A stretch of DNA of 64,000 nucleotides. Origin: Hyphococcus sp. GTDB taxonomy: Bacteria; Pseudomonadota; Alphaproteobacteria; Caulobacterales; Parvularculaceae. Shown one piece after another: positions 10,746-19,746 of this stretch (within the stretch, counting starts at the first letter, position 1; each line of letters starts with the position of its first letter). Location of the stretch: positions 106,351 to 170,350 of the forward strand of contig CBDEVX010000016.1 of assembly GCA_965243785.1 (NCBI GenBank), in the 5' to 3' direction. The notes under the pieces are model-generated. The model saw nothing but the letters and a program-made list of their open reading frames with translations. It was not told the origin of the DNA and searched no databases. A program made the translations under genes and the position numbers.

Positions 10746-11078
10746 ATGTTTATTTCGCCCGCATTTGCGCAGGCCGGGGAGGCCGCCGCGCCGAACGCCT
10801 TCATTCAGCTGGCGCCGCTGGTCTTCATCTTTGTGATTTTTTATTTCCTGCTTATCCGGCCGCAAATGTCGGCCCGAAAGAAACATCAGGAAATGGTCTC
10901 CAACGTCCGTCGCGGCGACACGGTCGTAACCGCCGGCGGCATCATCGGCAAAGTGACCAAGGTGCTCGAAGGCGATGAAGTGATGGTCGAGCTTGCCGAC
11001 AACGTCACCGTAAAAGTTGTAAAAGCAACGCTTTCCGATGTGCGCAATAAACCGGAGCCCGCTGCGAACGACTCCTGA
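10746..11078 (+). CDS. yajC: Preprotein translocase subunit YajC
   Basis: FYFLLIRPQ and VRRGDTVVTAGGIIGKV; GAGGAG ribosome-binding site before ATG 10746. Confidence 0.95.
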   Translation: MFISPAFAQAGEAAAPNAFIQLAPLVFIFVIFYFLLIRPQMSARKKHQEMVSNVRRGDTVVTAGGIIGKVTKVLEGDEVMVELADNVTVKVVKATLSDVRNKPEPAANDS

Positions 11079-11137
11079 TCGTCGCCGTTGTAACAGGCGC
11101 CGCGAAGTCAATTGCCATATCGTAGAAGTATTATCCC

Positions 11138-12769
11138 ATGCTGCAATTCTCGAAATATCAAACCGCCGGCATTATCGGTCTCGTAGCGCTCGGGATTTTG
11201 TTCGCGATCCCGAATTTTCTTGCCGAAGAGACCCGCGACGGCCTGCCTGGGTTTGTGCCGAAATCGACAATTAATCTCGGGCTCGATTTGCAGGGCGGGT
11301 CTTATCTTCTGCTTGGTGTCGATACGGAGAAAGTCATCGACGACCGAATGCGGGCGATCATGTCCGACATAAGGCGCGAAATGCGACCCAATCGCGGCGC
11401 CGGGCGCGACCGTATCTCCATTGACAATCTCACCTATGACGACGGGTCGGGCGACATTATATTGCGCGTCGCGAACACAGGCGATTTCGACGAAGCGCGG
11501 GATCGCGTGCGCGACGTGACGCGCGGCGGCGCCGGGGCGCTCGGATTGGGCATTCGGCCTTACGCCGTGTCCGCGGAAGATGGCCGCATCGTCGTCGCTA
11601 TGACGCAGGAAGCCGAGCGACAGTTCTCGTCCGAGGCCGTGCGCGATTCAATCGAGGTTGTCCGGCGGCGGATAGATCCGGCCGGCAACAAGGAAGTGGT
11701 GATCGCGCCACAGGGCGCTGACCGCATTGTCGTGCAGGTGCCGGGCGACGATGATCCCGAAGCGCTGAAGGCGATCATCAACCGCACCGGTCAATTATCG
11801 TTTCATGCTGCAGACCTTACCGTCAGCCCGACGGACGCCGCCTCGGGGCTGTTGCCGCCGGGGCGCATCATGGTTCCTTTTGCTGAATTTGAAGGCACGG
11901 GCCGCCCGCCCATGGTGCTCGTCGAGGATCCGGAAATTACCGGCGACATGGTGCAGACTGCATCCGCCGGTCAGAACCCGGATGGCGCCGGGTTTCAGAT
12001 CAATTTCGAATTCGACAGTCGCGGCGCCCGGCGCTTCGCCGACTATACGCGCGGCAATATCGGCGCCGTCTTTGCGATCGTGCTCGATAACGAAATCATC
12101 TCTGCGCCGACGATCCAAAGCGCCATTACCCAGGGGTCAGGCCGCATTACCGGCGATTTTTCCGCTCTTGAAGCGTCGGAAACGGCGCTGCTAATCCGCT
12201 CCGGCGCCTTGCCGGCGGAGCTGACAACGCTGGAGCAGCGCTCGGTTGGTCCGCAGCTCGGCCAGGATTCGATCGAAGCGGGCGCCAAGGCGCTGATCAT
12301 CGGCTTTGTCGCCGTCATCATCTACATGGTCGTCAGTTACGGCCGGTTCGGTATTTACGCCGACATGGCGCTGATCGCGAACGTCATATTGATCGCCGGG
12401 GCCCTGTCGCTCATGGGGTCGACGCTGACGCTCCCAGGCATCGCGGGCATTGTCTTGACGATTGGTATGGCGGTTGACGCCAACGTGCTGATTTTCGAAC
12501 GGATTCGAGAGGAACTCGCCGCCGGCAAATCGCCTATTCAGGCGGCTGAACAAGGCTACCAGAAAGCGTGGTCGGCGATCCTCGACGCCAACGTCACGAC
12601 CTTTCTGGCTGCGCTCATCATGTTCCAGCTGGGCGCCGGGCCGGTACGCGGCTTCGCCATCACACTCGCCGTTGGCGTCGCCACGTCGGTTTTCACCGCT
12701 TACGTGCTGACGCGGTTGCTTGCGGGCGGATATCTGCTCGCCAAGCGCCCGCAACAATTGACGCTATAG
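11138..12769 (+). CDS. secD: Protein translocase subunit SecD
   Basis: INLGLDLQGG, TLTLPGIAGIVLTIGMAVDANVLIFERIREE and AILDANVTT. Confidence 0.96.
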   Translation: MLQFSKYQTAGIIGLVALGILFAIPNFLAEETRDGLPGFVPKSTINLGLDLQGGSYLLLGVDTEKVIDDRMRAIMSDIRREMRPNRGAGRDRISIDNLTYDDGSGDIILRVANTGDFDEARDRVRDVTRGGAGALGLGIRPYAVSAEDGRIVVAMTQEAERQFSSEAVRDSIEVVRRRIDPAGNKEVVIAPQGADRIVVQVPGDDDPEALKAIINRTGQLSFHAADLTVSPTDAASGLLPPGRIMVPFAEFEGTGRPPMVLVEDPEITGDMVQTASAGQNPDGAGFQINFEFDSRGARRFADYTRGNIGAVFAIVLDNEIISAPTIQSAITQGSGRITGDFSALEASETALLIRSGALPAELTTLEQRSVGPQLGQDSIEAGAKALIIGFVAVIIYMVVSYGRFGIYADMALIANVILIAGALSLMGSTLTLPGIAGIVLTIGMAVDANVLIFERIREELAAGKSPIQAAEQGYQKAWSAILDANVTTFLAALIMFQLGAGPVRGFAITLAVGVATSVFTAYVLTRLLAGGYLLAKRPQQLTL

Positions 12770-12783
12770 GGGGGCGTTCAAAA

Positions 12784-13764
12784 ATGTATCTCAAACTTGT
12801 CCCCGCCAAGACAAACGTTCCTTTCATTAAGGTTCGCTTCATCGCTATGCTGTTTTCAGCGGCGCTGATCGTCGGATCCTTTTTCGCTCTTTTCACAATG
12901 GGCCTCAATTTCGGCATCGACTTTCGGGGCGGCGTCACGATTGAGGTCACCGATTCCGAACCGATCGAACTCGACGCCGTGCGATCAACGGTCGGCGAAC
13001 TCGGCCTCGGAAACGTCAATGTTCAGGCGATCCGAGATTTTGCCGGGTCGGAACCGGCCGTCGTTGTTTATGTCGAGCAACAACAGGTCGATGCGGCTGA
13101 ATCCGGCGAAGACGTCGCGACGGCGAATGAAAATGCGCAGCAGCAAGCGGCTGTCGCGGTACAGGACGCGCTTCGCGGCCTCCTCGGCGACGACATGGTC
13201 GTTAGAAAAGTAGACGTTGTTGGCCCCACCGTTTCCGGTGAGCTGATCCAGAAAGGCGCGACGGCCGTAGCGCTCGCGATCGCGATGATGCTCATCTACA
13301 TCTGGCTTCGATTCGAGTGGCAGTTCTCGCTCGGGGCAATTGTCGCCCTGGTCCATGACGTGATCATCACGATGGGCATGTTCGCCGTGACGCAACTGAA
13401 GTTCGAGCTCGCCATCATCGCGGCGATCCTGACCATCGTCGGTTATTCGATGAACGATACGGTCGTCGTCTACGATCGCGTTCGTGAAAATCTGCGCAAG
13501 TATAAGTCAAAACCGCTGGCGGAAGTTCTAGACCTTTCCATCAACGACACGCTGTCCCGCACGGTCATGACCTCCGTCACCACCTTGTTGGCGTTGATAT
13601 CGCTGGCGGTATTCGGCGGCGAAGTCCTGCGCGGGTTCACCCTCGCCATGATCTGGGGGATCGTGATCGGGACCTATTCGTCAATCTTTGTCGCCTCGCC
13701 GTTTCTCCTGGCGACCGGCGTCAAACGCGACTGGTCGAAACAGGCCGCTGCGGCAACGGCCTGA
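12784..13764 (+). CDS. secF: Protein translocase subunit SecF
   Basis: GLNFGIDFRGG, VGPTVSGEL and GYSMNDTVVVYDRVRE. True start is ATG 12784; the ORF-track extension overlaps secD. Confidence 0.96.
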   Translation: MYLKLVPAKTNVPFIKVRFIAMLFSAALIVGSFFALFTMGLNFGIDFRGGVTIEVTDSEPIELDAVRSTVGELGLGNVNVQAIRDFAGSEPAVVVYVEQQQVDAAESGEDVATANENAQQQAAVAVQDALRGLLGDDMVVRKVDVVGPTVSGELIQKGATAVALAIAMMLIYIWLRFEWQFSLGAIVALVHDVIITMGMFAVTQLKFELAIIAAILTIVGYSMNDTVVVYDRVRENLRKYKSKPLAEVLDLSINDTLSRTVMTSVTTLLALISLAVFGGEVLRGFTLAMIWGIVIGTYSSIFVASPFLLATGVKRDWSKQAAAATA

Positions 13765-13767
13765 CAA

Positions 13768-14340
13768 TCACCTTACGCGCTTGACCTTGAATTTCGAGCT
13801 GCGCTCGCCGTACTGAACGGTCCAGCTTCCCAGCATGCCCGGCGCCAGCCGGGCGCTTTCGCCGCGGCGGGGCTTGGCGCCGACGGCGGCGGCGAGTTCG
13901 CGCCACGTCTCGCCGTTTTCAAGTTCAACGTTCCTGACTTTATAGCCCGTCGTAAAGACGCGGACGATTTTGCTTTCATAGGCCTCGCGACTTTCCTCGC
14001 GTTCTTTTACGCCCGCTTTTCGCCTTAGCTCCGCCAGTTCCTCAGCGTCGGCTTTTGGCAGCAAGACATAATCTTCACTGGGCGCAGGCGGCGCGACCGC
14101 TGGGGCCGGCGCTGCTGAAGCAGCCAGTTCGCCGTTCTCGACGCTTTCAGGCGCCGTTTCCTCAACGGCGCCGCTGCGGCCGGCCATCGTCGCATCAAAA
14201 CAGGCTAGACGCGCAGCGTTGTCGTTTATTGCCGCGCACTCAGCCAGACGGTCCGCCTGCGGAGCGTCCGCTGCAAAGACCGGCGTAACGAACATCGAAG
14301 AAATGGCGAAAAGCGATAGCAGGCGTTTTTGTTGCGGCAC
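13768..14340 (-). CDS. Exported hypothetical protein, paralogue A (CA...D..RLACF motif plus C-terminal beta domain)
   Basis: GTG at 14340 with GGAGG 5 nt upstream; signal-peptide-like N-terminus; ECAAINDNAARLACFD and VELENGETWRE...PGMLGSW. Confidence 0.75.
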   Translation of the reverse strand: MPQQKRLLSLFAISSMFVTPVFAADAPQADRLAECAAINDNAARLACFDATMAGRSGAVEETAPESVENGELAASAAPAPAVAPPAPSEDYVLLPKADAEELAELRRKAGVKEREESREAYESKIVRVFTTGYKVRNVELENGETWRELAAAVGAKPRRGESARLAPGMLGSWTVQYGERSSKFKVKRVR

Positions 14341-14507
14341 AGTTTCCTCCGGTCCTTTCGGATGGCGGCCGATGATCATTGCCGCCACCCTCTAAGACAA
14401 TCGAAGGCGCACCATCCCGCAATCGCGCATCGCAACGCCGCAACACGTGATGCAAAAAAACCACGGATTCCAGGTTGTTGCCGCCGATTTCTGCCGGCTG
14501 AGCGGTG

Positions 14508-15143
14508 TCAGTTTATTGGGCGCATGCGTACGCCAAAGCGGCCGCCGTCCATCGATACGGTCCATCCGCCGAGAAGCCCGGGTTTCATCACAACTTCATC
14601 GCCGCGCTGCGGGTCATGGCGCGTGCCGCGCCCGGTCTGTCGCCAGATCTCGCCATTGGTGAAGGCTATGCGTAGTTCGCCGAGCCCGTTACGCCACGAT
14701 TTGTACACCGTCAGCGTATAGCGTTCGCGTTTCCGTTTTTTCTCTTTTTTCGCGTGACGCTCTTTCTTGTCGCCTTTCTTGGTGCGGACAAACGTCAAAC
14801 TCTCGTCGTCTTCCAGCGGGCGCACGGCGCTTTTCTCTGGCGAATCCGCTTCGACGGAGGCCGAGGGCGCGGTTACGGGCGGGGCCGCATCTTCCGTCGT
14901 CGGCGCATTCGGATCGGCGTCGGCCAACTCAGGCGGCGCAGCGACGGCGGCAAGCGCCTCAAAGCAGGCGAGCCGTTCGTCTTTGTCGTCAAATGCGGCG
15001 CAAAGGCGAAGTGCGTCCGTTACTGAGAGATCTTCGATCTCTTCGGCCCAGGCCGTCGCGCCGAAAATAAAAGAGGCGGCGAGCAATGCCGAAAATAGAG
15101 ACTTTGCACTGCCTGTTTGCGATATTGCGCGATAATCTGTCAT
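14508..15143 (-). CDS. Exported hypothetical protein, paralogue B
   Basis: Signal-peptide-like N-terminus; LCAAFDDKDERLACFE and IAFTNGEIWRQ...PGLLGGW, collinear with paralogue A. Confidence 0.75.
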   Translation of the reverse strand: MTDYRAISQTGSAKSLFSALLAASFIFGATAWAEEIEDLSVTDALRLCAAFDDKDERLACFEALAAVAAPPELADADPNAPTTEDAAPPVTAPSASVEADSPEKSAVRPLEDDESLTFVRTKKGDKKERHAKKEKKRKRERYTLTVYKSWRNGLGELRIAFTNGEIWRQTGRGTRHDPQRGDEVVMKPGLLGGWTVSMDGGRFGVRMRPIN

Positions 15144-15519
15144 TTTTGCCCAACCTTATGACCGCGGACGCTAAACAATACCTCGTCCGCACAAACCGAT
15201 TCGCGCGGAAAATGGATGCCGTCCCATAAACAGGCCGATTCCATAAGCGACATTCGGTACGGTGGCAATCGATGCGCGATTAGCGCCGGCTCGCTAAATG
15301 CATGATGTATTTGCGCAACATTGCCGAGCCATTGCGAAGGCAAAGCCTCTCTGACGTTTGACATGACAAAACGGTGATGAAAGGATTTCGCAGAAATTCG
15401 GGGTGCGCGATCAATGTTGCCGATCCACCGGCGGCTAGCATGATCCGCTGGTGCCGAGTTCTGGGAGGGCTGCGTATCGGCCGTTCCGTTTTATTGGGCA
15501 ACTATTGGGCAGACTAAAA

Positions 15520-18500
15520 ATGATCAAAAAAATGAATCCGGATTCCGCGCTATTGCGCGGTTTTCTCGCTACGGGTGCGTCGGTATTCGCACTTGGCGCG
15601 ACAGCACCTGTTTTAGCGCAGGGCGACGAAGACGACGTCGCCACGATCGCTGAAATCGAAGAAGATATCGAAGACGCGCGCACGGGCGATCAGATTATCG
15701 TCACGGGCTCGCGCGTTCGAAGAAACGAGTTTACGTCGGCGTCGCCGCTGCAGGTCATCGATGGCCAGGTCAGCCGCGAACTCGGCGTATTCGACACCGC
15801 GCGCCTGCTGCAGGAATCGGCCGTCGCTACCGGCCAACAAATCAACGACACGTTTGGCGGCTTTGTTCTCGACAACGGTCCGGGCGCTTCCACGGTCGCG
15901 CTTCGCGGTATTGATCCTGAGCGCACGCTGCTCCTCCTAAACGGTCGCCGGCTTGCGCCGGGCGGCGTTGAGGGCGCGCCGACGTCTCCGGACCTCAACC
16001 TCATCCCGTCGTCTCTGATCGGCCGTGTCGATGTGCTGCTTGACGGTGCGTCGCCAGTATATGGCTCTGATGCTGTTGCGGGCGTGGCGAACGTCATCTT
16101 GCGCGACGACTTCGACGGCTTCGAAATCGAAACGGCGTTCAACGTACCCTTTACGGGCGGCGGCAAGACCTCTCAAGTCTCTGCGAGCTGGGGTGTTTCG
16201 AATGATCGTGGCTTCATCGGCGTCGGCGCAGAATTCTTCCGTCGCGACCAGTTCTCCGTTGCGGATGCTGATCTCACCTGTAACGAGCACCATCAGGAAG
16301 ATGAGAACGGCAATATCCGCAATATTGAGGTCGATGTCCAACCCGGTACGAGCCGCCAGCCCTGTAAGACGCAGATTATCGGCCGTTTCAGGACTTTCGG
16401 CATCGACGACAACTTTGGCGGAAGCGGCACGTCGTTTGGCGACCTTTTCTATACGCCAGGGACGAGTAACGTTGGCGTGCCGAATTTCTCCGATGAAATC
16501 GACGCAGATGGCGACGGATTTCTTGATATTGATTCTCGCGCCCCGATCTTCACCGGTGCGGACCAGAGCCGGTCGCTGGTTCAGAACCAGGACCTCATCT
16601 CGCCGCTTGAGCGGATTTCGTTCATGGCGTTCGGGAACTACGAGCTTGAAGAACTCAACAATATGGAGACGTTCTTCGAGTTTATGTATGCAGAACGCGA
16701 CTCGAAAATCACCGGCGACGGCGCTCAGATTTTCCCAACGGTTCTGACCACCAACCCGACCAACCCGTGCGGTCTCGAAGCCCTTGCAGCCGATCCAACG
16801 CTTTGCGGCGGCGGCCCGCAGCAGGTCGTGCCGATCGTTCTGATTGACGGCGATCGCAACACGACCCAGGTCGAGCAGACGCAAATCCGCATCGTCGGCG
16901 GCATCCGCGGCGACCTGCCGTTCTGGAACGAGGATCCGGGCGACGGCCTTTTCGGGCTCAGCAACTGGAACTATGAACTGAGCGGCAGTTTCTCACGCTC
17001 GCTCGGTACGTCTGTGCGTCGCGGCATTATCGAAGATCGCCTTGCGCTTTCATTGCGCACGACGACGCGGCTCCCGGATGGCACCCTGGGTTGCGGACCG
17101 GATTTTAATGGCGACGGGCTTCCTGATCTCGCAAATGACGCCGAACTATTCGGTTTCTTGACGGACAATCCTTGCGTGCCGGTGAACCTGTTCTCCGCGA
17201 ACGTGATGCAAGGCAACGTCCTGACGCCGGAAGAAGAAGAATACCTCTTTGGCGTTCGAACGTTCGGCACCGAGATCAAGCAGTCCATCATCTCGGGCTT
17301 CCTGTCGGGCGGCGTCATGAACGTCCCTGCCGGCGAAGTTCTTCTGGGCCTCGGCTTTGAATATCGTCAGGATGAGATCGATTCCCGTCCGGACGACAAC
17401 GCGGAAGACGGCAACTTCATCGGCTTCTTTGCCGACCGTGGCGCCGTTGGCCGTCGCGAGCTGAAAGAAGGTTACGGCGAGCTTATCGTCCCGATCTTCA
17501 GAGATCAGCCCTTCGCACAGGAGCTCACCGTTGAAGCGGCTGGCCGCGTCACGAATGAGTCCTTCTACGGCACGAACTGGACCTATGCGGTCAAGGGCAT
17601 CTACATGCCGTTCGACTGGCTGACCATCCGCGGCTCCCGTGGTACGTCGTTCCGCGCGCCGAATCTGCGCGAGCAGTTCTTCCGCGGCGCGACCGGCTTC
17701 CAGTCGGCCTTCGCGGACGTTTGTACGGTTCCGCCGGCGGCGAACAATGGCGGCGTCTATGATGCAGCCAACGATCCGCGTTCTGCGCGGGTTCTCGCCA
17801 ACTGCGTGCTCGACGGCGTCGATCCGACAGCGTTGGGTCTCATGGGCGCATCGTCGATCGAAGTGCTAACCGGCGGCACCACGCTGCTGGAAGCGGAAAC
17901 TTCTCGCACGTTCACCGTGGGCGGCGTTCTAGACGTTCCGTTCGCAGACATGGGCTTGGGCGACAATATCGGCTTGAATCTTTCGGTGACGCACTTTGAC
18001 ATCCGCGTCGAAAACACCGTCGAAGAGCCGTCTGTCACGTTCCTGTTCAATGACTGCTACGACTCTCGCGATGATCTCAGCAGTGCGTTCTGTAACCGCA
18101 TTACGCGCGATCCGAACACGGGCTTTGTCGATATCGTCGATGCGGGCTTCATCAACATCGGCGTCATCACATCGCGCGGCATGGACTACAATGTGCTGTT
18201 TGAATATGACGGCTTCACGGTCGCGAACGAGCCGCTTGAACTCTCGCTCGACGTTCGTGCGACGCAACTGTTCGAACAGACGCAGACAGTCATCGATACG
18301 TTCGACGATAACGTCGGTGAATTCGGCACGCCGACATGGCGTGGTCAAGCGACCTTGCTCGCTGACTTGGCCGACTGGCGTTTCCTCTGGCGCGCTCGGT
18401 ACATCGGTTCTCAGAGCGTATTTTCGAGCGTGGATGACGGCGATCCGCCGGCCTTCGGCGCCGATGACACCTGTCAAGCGGTTCTTGACATCACGGGCGC

Positions 18501-18765
18501 ACGCGACACGTCTGATGTCGGTTGCCGTCCGACGTTCTCGGTTGACGATTACATCGTCAACGATGCGTCGATCACATGGCGCAATGATGTCTGGTCGGCG
18601 ACGGTCGGCATCAACAACGTCTTTGATCGCAAACCGCCCAGAGTTGACTCGACAAACAACTTCACCAGCGGCTTGCTCGTATCGCCGGCGGGCAACTATC
18701 CGCTCGGCGTCGGCTACGACTTCCTTGGCCGCTCATTCCAGGTTTCGGTTCAACGCAAGTTCTAA
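15520..18765 (+). CDS. TonB-dependent outer membrane receptor
   Basis: Signal peptide, TonB-box region QIIVTGSR, plug motifs (LRGIDPERTLLLLNGRR; RVDVLLDGASPVYGSDAVAGVANVI), RGTSFRAPNL, and C-terminal GRSFQVSVQRKF ending in Phe. Confidence 0.96.
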   Translation: MIKKMNPDSALLRGFLATGASVFALGATAPVLAQGDEDDVATIAEIEEDIEDARTGDQIIVTGSRVRRNEFTSASPLQVIDGQVSRELGVFDTARLLQESAVATGQQINDTFGGFVLDNGPGASTVALRGIDPERTLLLLNGRRLAPGGVEGAPTSPDLNLIPSSLIGRVDVLLDGASPVYGSDAVAGVANVILRDDFDGFEIETAFNVPFTGGGKTSQVSASWGVSNDRGFIGVGAEFFRRDQFSVADADLTCNEHHQEDENGNIRNIEVDVQPGTSRQPCKTQIIGRFRTFGIDDNFGGSGTSFGDLFYTPGTSNVGVPNFSDEIDADGDGFLDIDSRAPIFTGADQSRSLVQNQDLISPLERISFMAFGNYELEELNNMETFFEFMYAERDSKITGDGAQIFPTVLTTNPTNPCGLEALAADPTLCGGGPQQVVPIVLIDGDRNTTQVEQTQIRIVGGIRGDLPFWNEDPGDGLFGLSNWNYELSGSFSRSLGTSVRRGIIEDRLALSLRTTTRLPDGTLGCGPDFNGDGLPDLANDAELFGFLTDNPCVPVNLFSANVMQGNVLTPEEEEYLFGVRTFGTEIKQSIISGFLSGGVMNVPAGEVLLGLGFEYRQDEIDSRPDDNAEDGNFIGFFADRGAVGRRELKEGYGELIVPIFRDQPFAQELTVEAAGRVTNESFYGTNWTYAVKGIYMPFDWLTIRGSRGTSFRAPNLREQFFRGATGFQSAFADVCTVPPAANNGGVYDAANDPRSARVLANCVLDGVDPTALGLMGASSIEVLTGGTTLLEAETSRTFTVGGVLDVPFADMGLGDNIGLNLSVTHFDIRVENTVEEPSVTFLFNDCYDSRDDLSSAFCNRITRDPNTGFVDIVDAGFINIGVITSRGMDYNVLFEYDGFTVANEPLELSLDVRATQLFEQTQTVIDTFDDNVGEFGTPTWRGQATLLADLADWRFLWRARYIGSQSVFSSVDDGDPPAFGADDTCQAVLDITGARDTSDVGCRPTFSVDDYIVNDASITWRNDVWSATVGINNVFDRKPPRVDSTNNFTSGLLVSPAGNYPLGVGYDFLGRSFQVSVQRKF

Positions 18766-18790
18766 CCGAGGTCAAAACACTGCAGTAAAG

Positions 18791-18821
18791 AAAGGGCCGG
18801 AGCATCGCTCCGGCCCTTTTT
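18791..18821 (+). terminator. Intrinsic terminator, probably bidirectional
   Basis: AAAGGGCCGGAGC-ATC-GCTCCGGCCCTTTTT, a perfect stem with A and T tails, between the TBDR stop and the convergent sod remnant. Confidence 0.9.
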
Positions 18822-18850
18822 CATTAAGCAGCATTAATTGACGGTGCGGT

Positions 18851-18960
18851 TCACGCCGCCTTCAAATTTGCATTCGCGAAGTCCCAATTGATGAGATGGT
18901 TGAGGAATGCGGCGTCCGATCGCCTTTGGCGTAGGGCAGGTCCGGTAGCGTGACGGACAT
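18851..18960 (-). pseudogene. sodB: Fe/Mn superoxide dismutase remnant with a large internal deletion and frameshift
   Basis: From ATG 18960: MSVTLPDLPYAKG (SOD N-terminus). In a different frame, ending at TGA 18851: AAFLNHLINWDFANANLKAA* (SOD C-terminus). Only 110 bp separate start and stop. Confidence 0.78.
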
Positions 18961-18995
18961 TCGAACTTCTTTTTGAGGGATTTTCGGGTCGAATC

Positions 18996-19012
18996 TGCGC
19001 AATGATTGCGCA
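18996..19012. promoter_or_regulatory. Perfect 8-1-8 palindrome, candidate operator
   Basis: TGCGCAAT-G-ATTGCGCA between the divergent sod remnant and puuD-like starts. Confidence 0.5.
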
Positions 19013-19113
19013 TAAGGCCGGACTCGCGGTTTAACACCGCCGGATGCGGAATAGTTCCGGCCCGCCGAAATGTGTTATGGGCGGCGCAGAGCACAACAAT
19101 TGGAGAAAAAGGA

Positions 19114-19740
19114 ATGACAGTCCTTCTGACGAATTTGCGTAACGCCGTGACCACCGGAGCCGTGTTAGCGCTCATATTGCTGCTACTCTATTTAACGGCA
19201 TGGAGCGGTTCGCTGGACATTGCGTTCTGGCAGTTCTTTTTCCGTTGGCTGCATGTCCTGTCTGGCGTGATGTGGATCGGGTTGCTCTGGTATTTCAACT
19301 TCGTGCAGATCCCCCAGATGCCCGGCATTCCTGATGAACAAAAACCGGCCATCGGCAAACACATTGCGCCGAAGGCCCTGTTCTGGTTCCGCTGGGGCGC
19401 CATGGCGACCATCATCACCGGGCTTATTCTCGCCTATCTCAACAATTACTTCGTCAACGTCCTGACGCTCGGCGCCGTCAACGGCTTCGCAGTGCCCGGA
19501 CATATCGCGCTCGGCATCGGCATGTGGTTCGGCATCATCATGTGGTTCAATGTCTGGTTCATTATCTGGCCGAACCAGCAAAAGGCACTGAATATCGACA
19601 ACAAATATCCTGACCTGTCCGCCGACGACAAAGCGAAGGCTGGGCGTACGGCGATGCTCTTTTCACGGACAAATACGGTCCTGTCGATCCCCATGCTTTT
19701 CGCCATGGTGTCGGCGCAGGGGTTGTTCCGGATCTCATAA
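19114..19740 (+). CDS. PuuD-family (DUF989) membrane protein, membrane domain only
   Basis: FFRWLHVLSGVMWIGLLWYFNFVQ, KALFWFRWGA, WFNVWFIIWPNQQK and SRTNTVLSIPMLFAM. ATG 19114 follows GGAGAAAAAGGA. Confidence 0.85.
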   Translation: MTVLLTNLRNAVTTGAVLALILLLLYLTAWSGSLDIAFWQFFFRWLHVLSGVMWIGLLWYFNFVQIPQMPGIPDEQKPAIGKHIAPKALFWFRWGAMATIITGLILAYLNNYFVNVLTLGAVNGFAVPGHIALGIGMWFGIIMWFNVWFIIWPNQQKALNIDNKYPDLSADDKAKAGRTAMLFSRTNTVLSIPMLFAMVSAQGLFRIS

Positions 19741-19746
19741 ACGGCG

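Noticed and set aside
15937-16884. Long antisense ORFs (also 22143-23036, 23634-24695, 32186-33010, 36850-37767, 58326-59171, 62578-63432)
   Set aside because: Shadow frames of GC-rich coding genes, with no recognisable motifs and complete overlap with well-supported genes.
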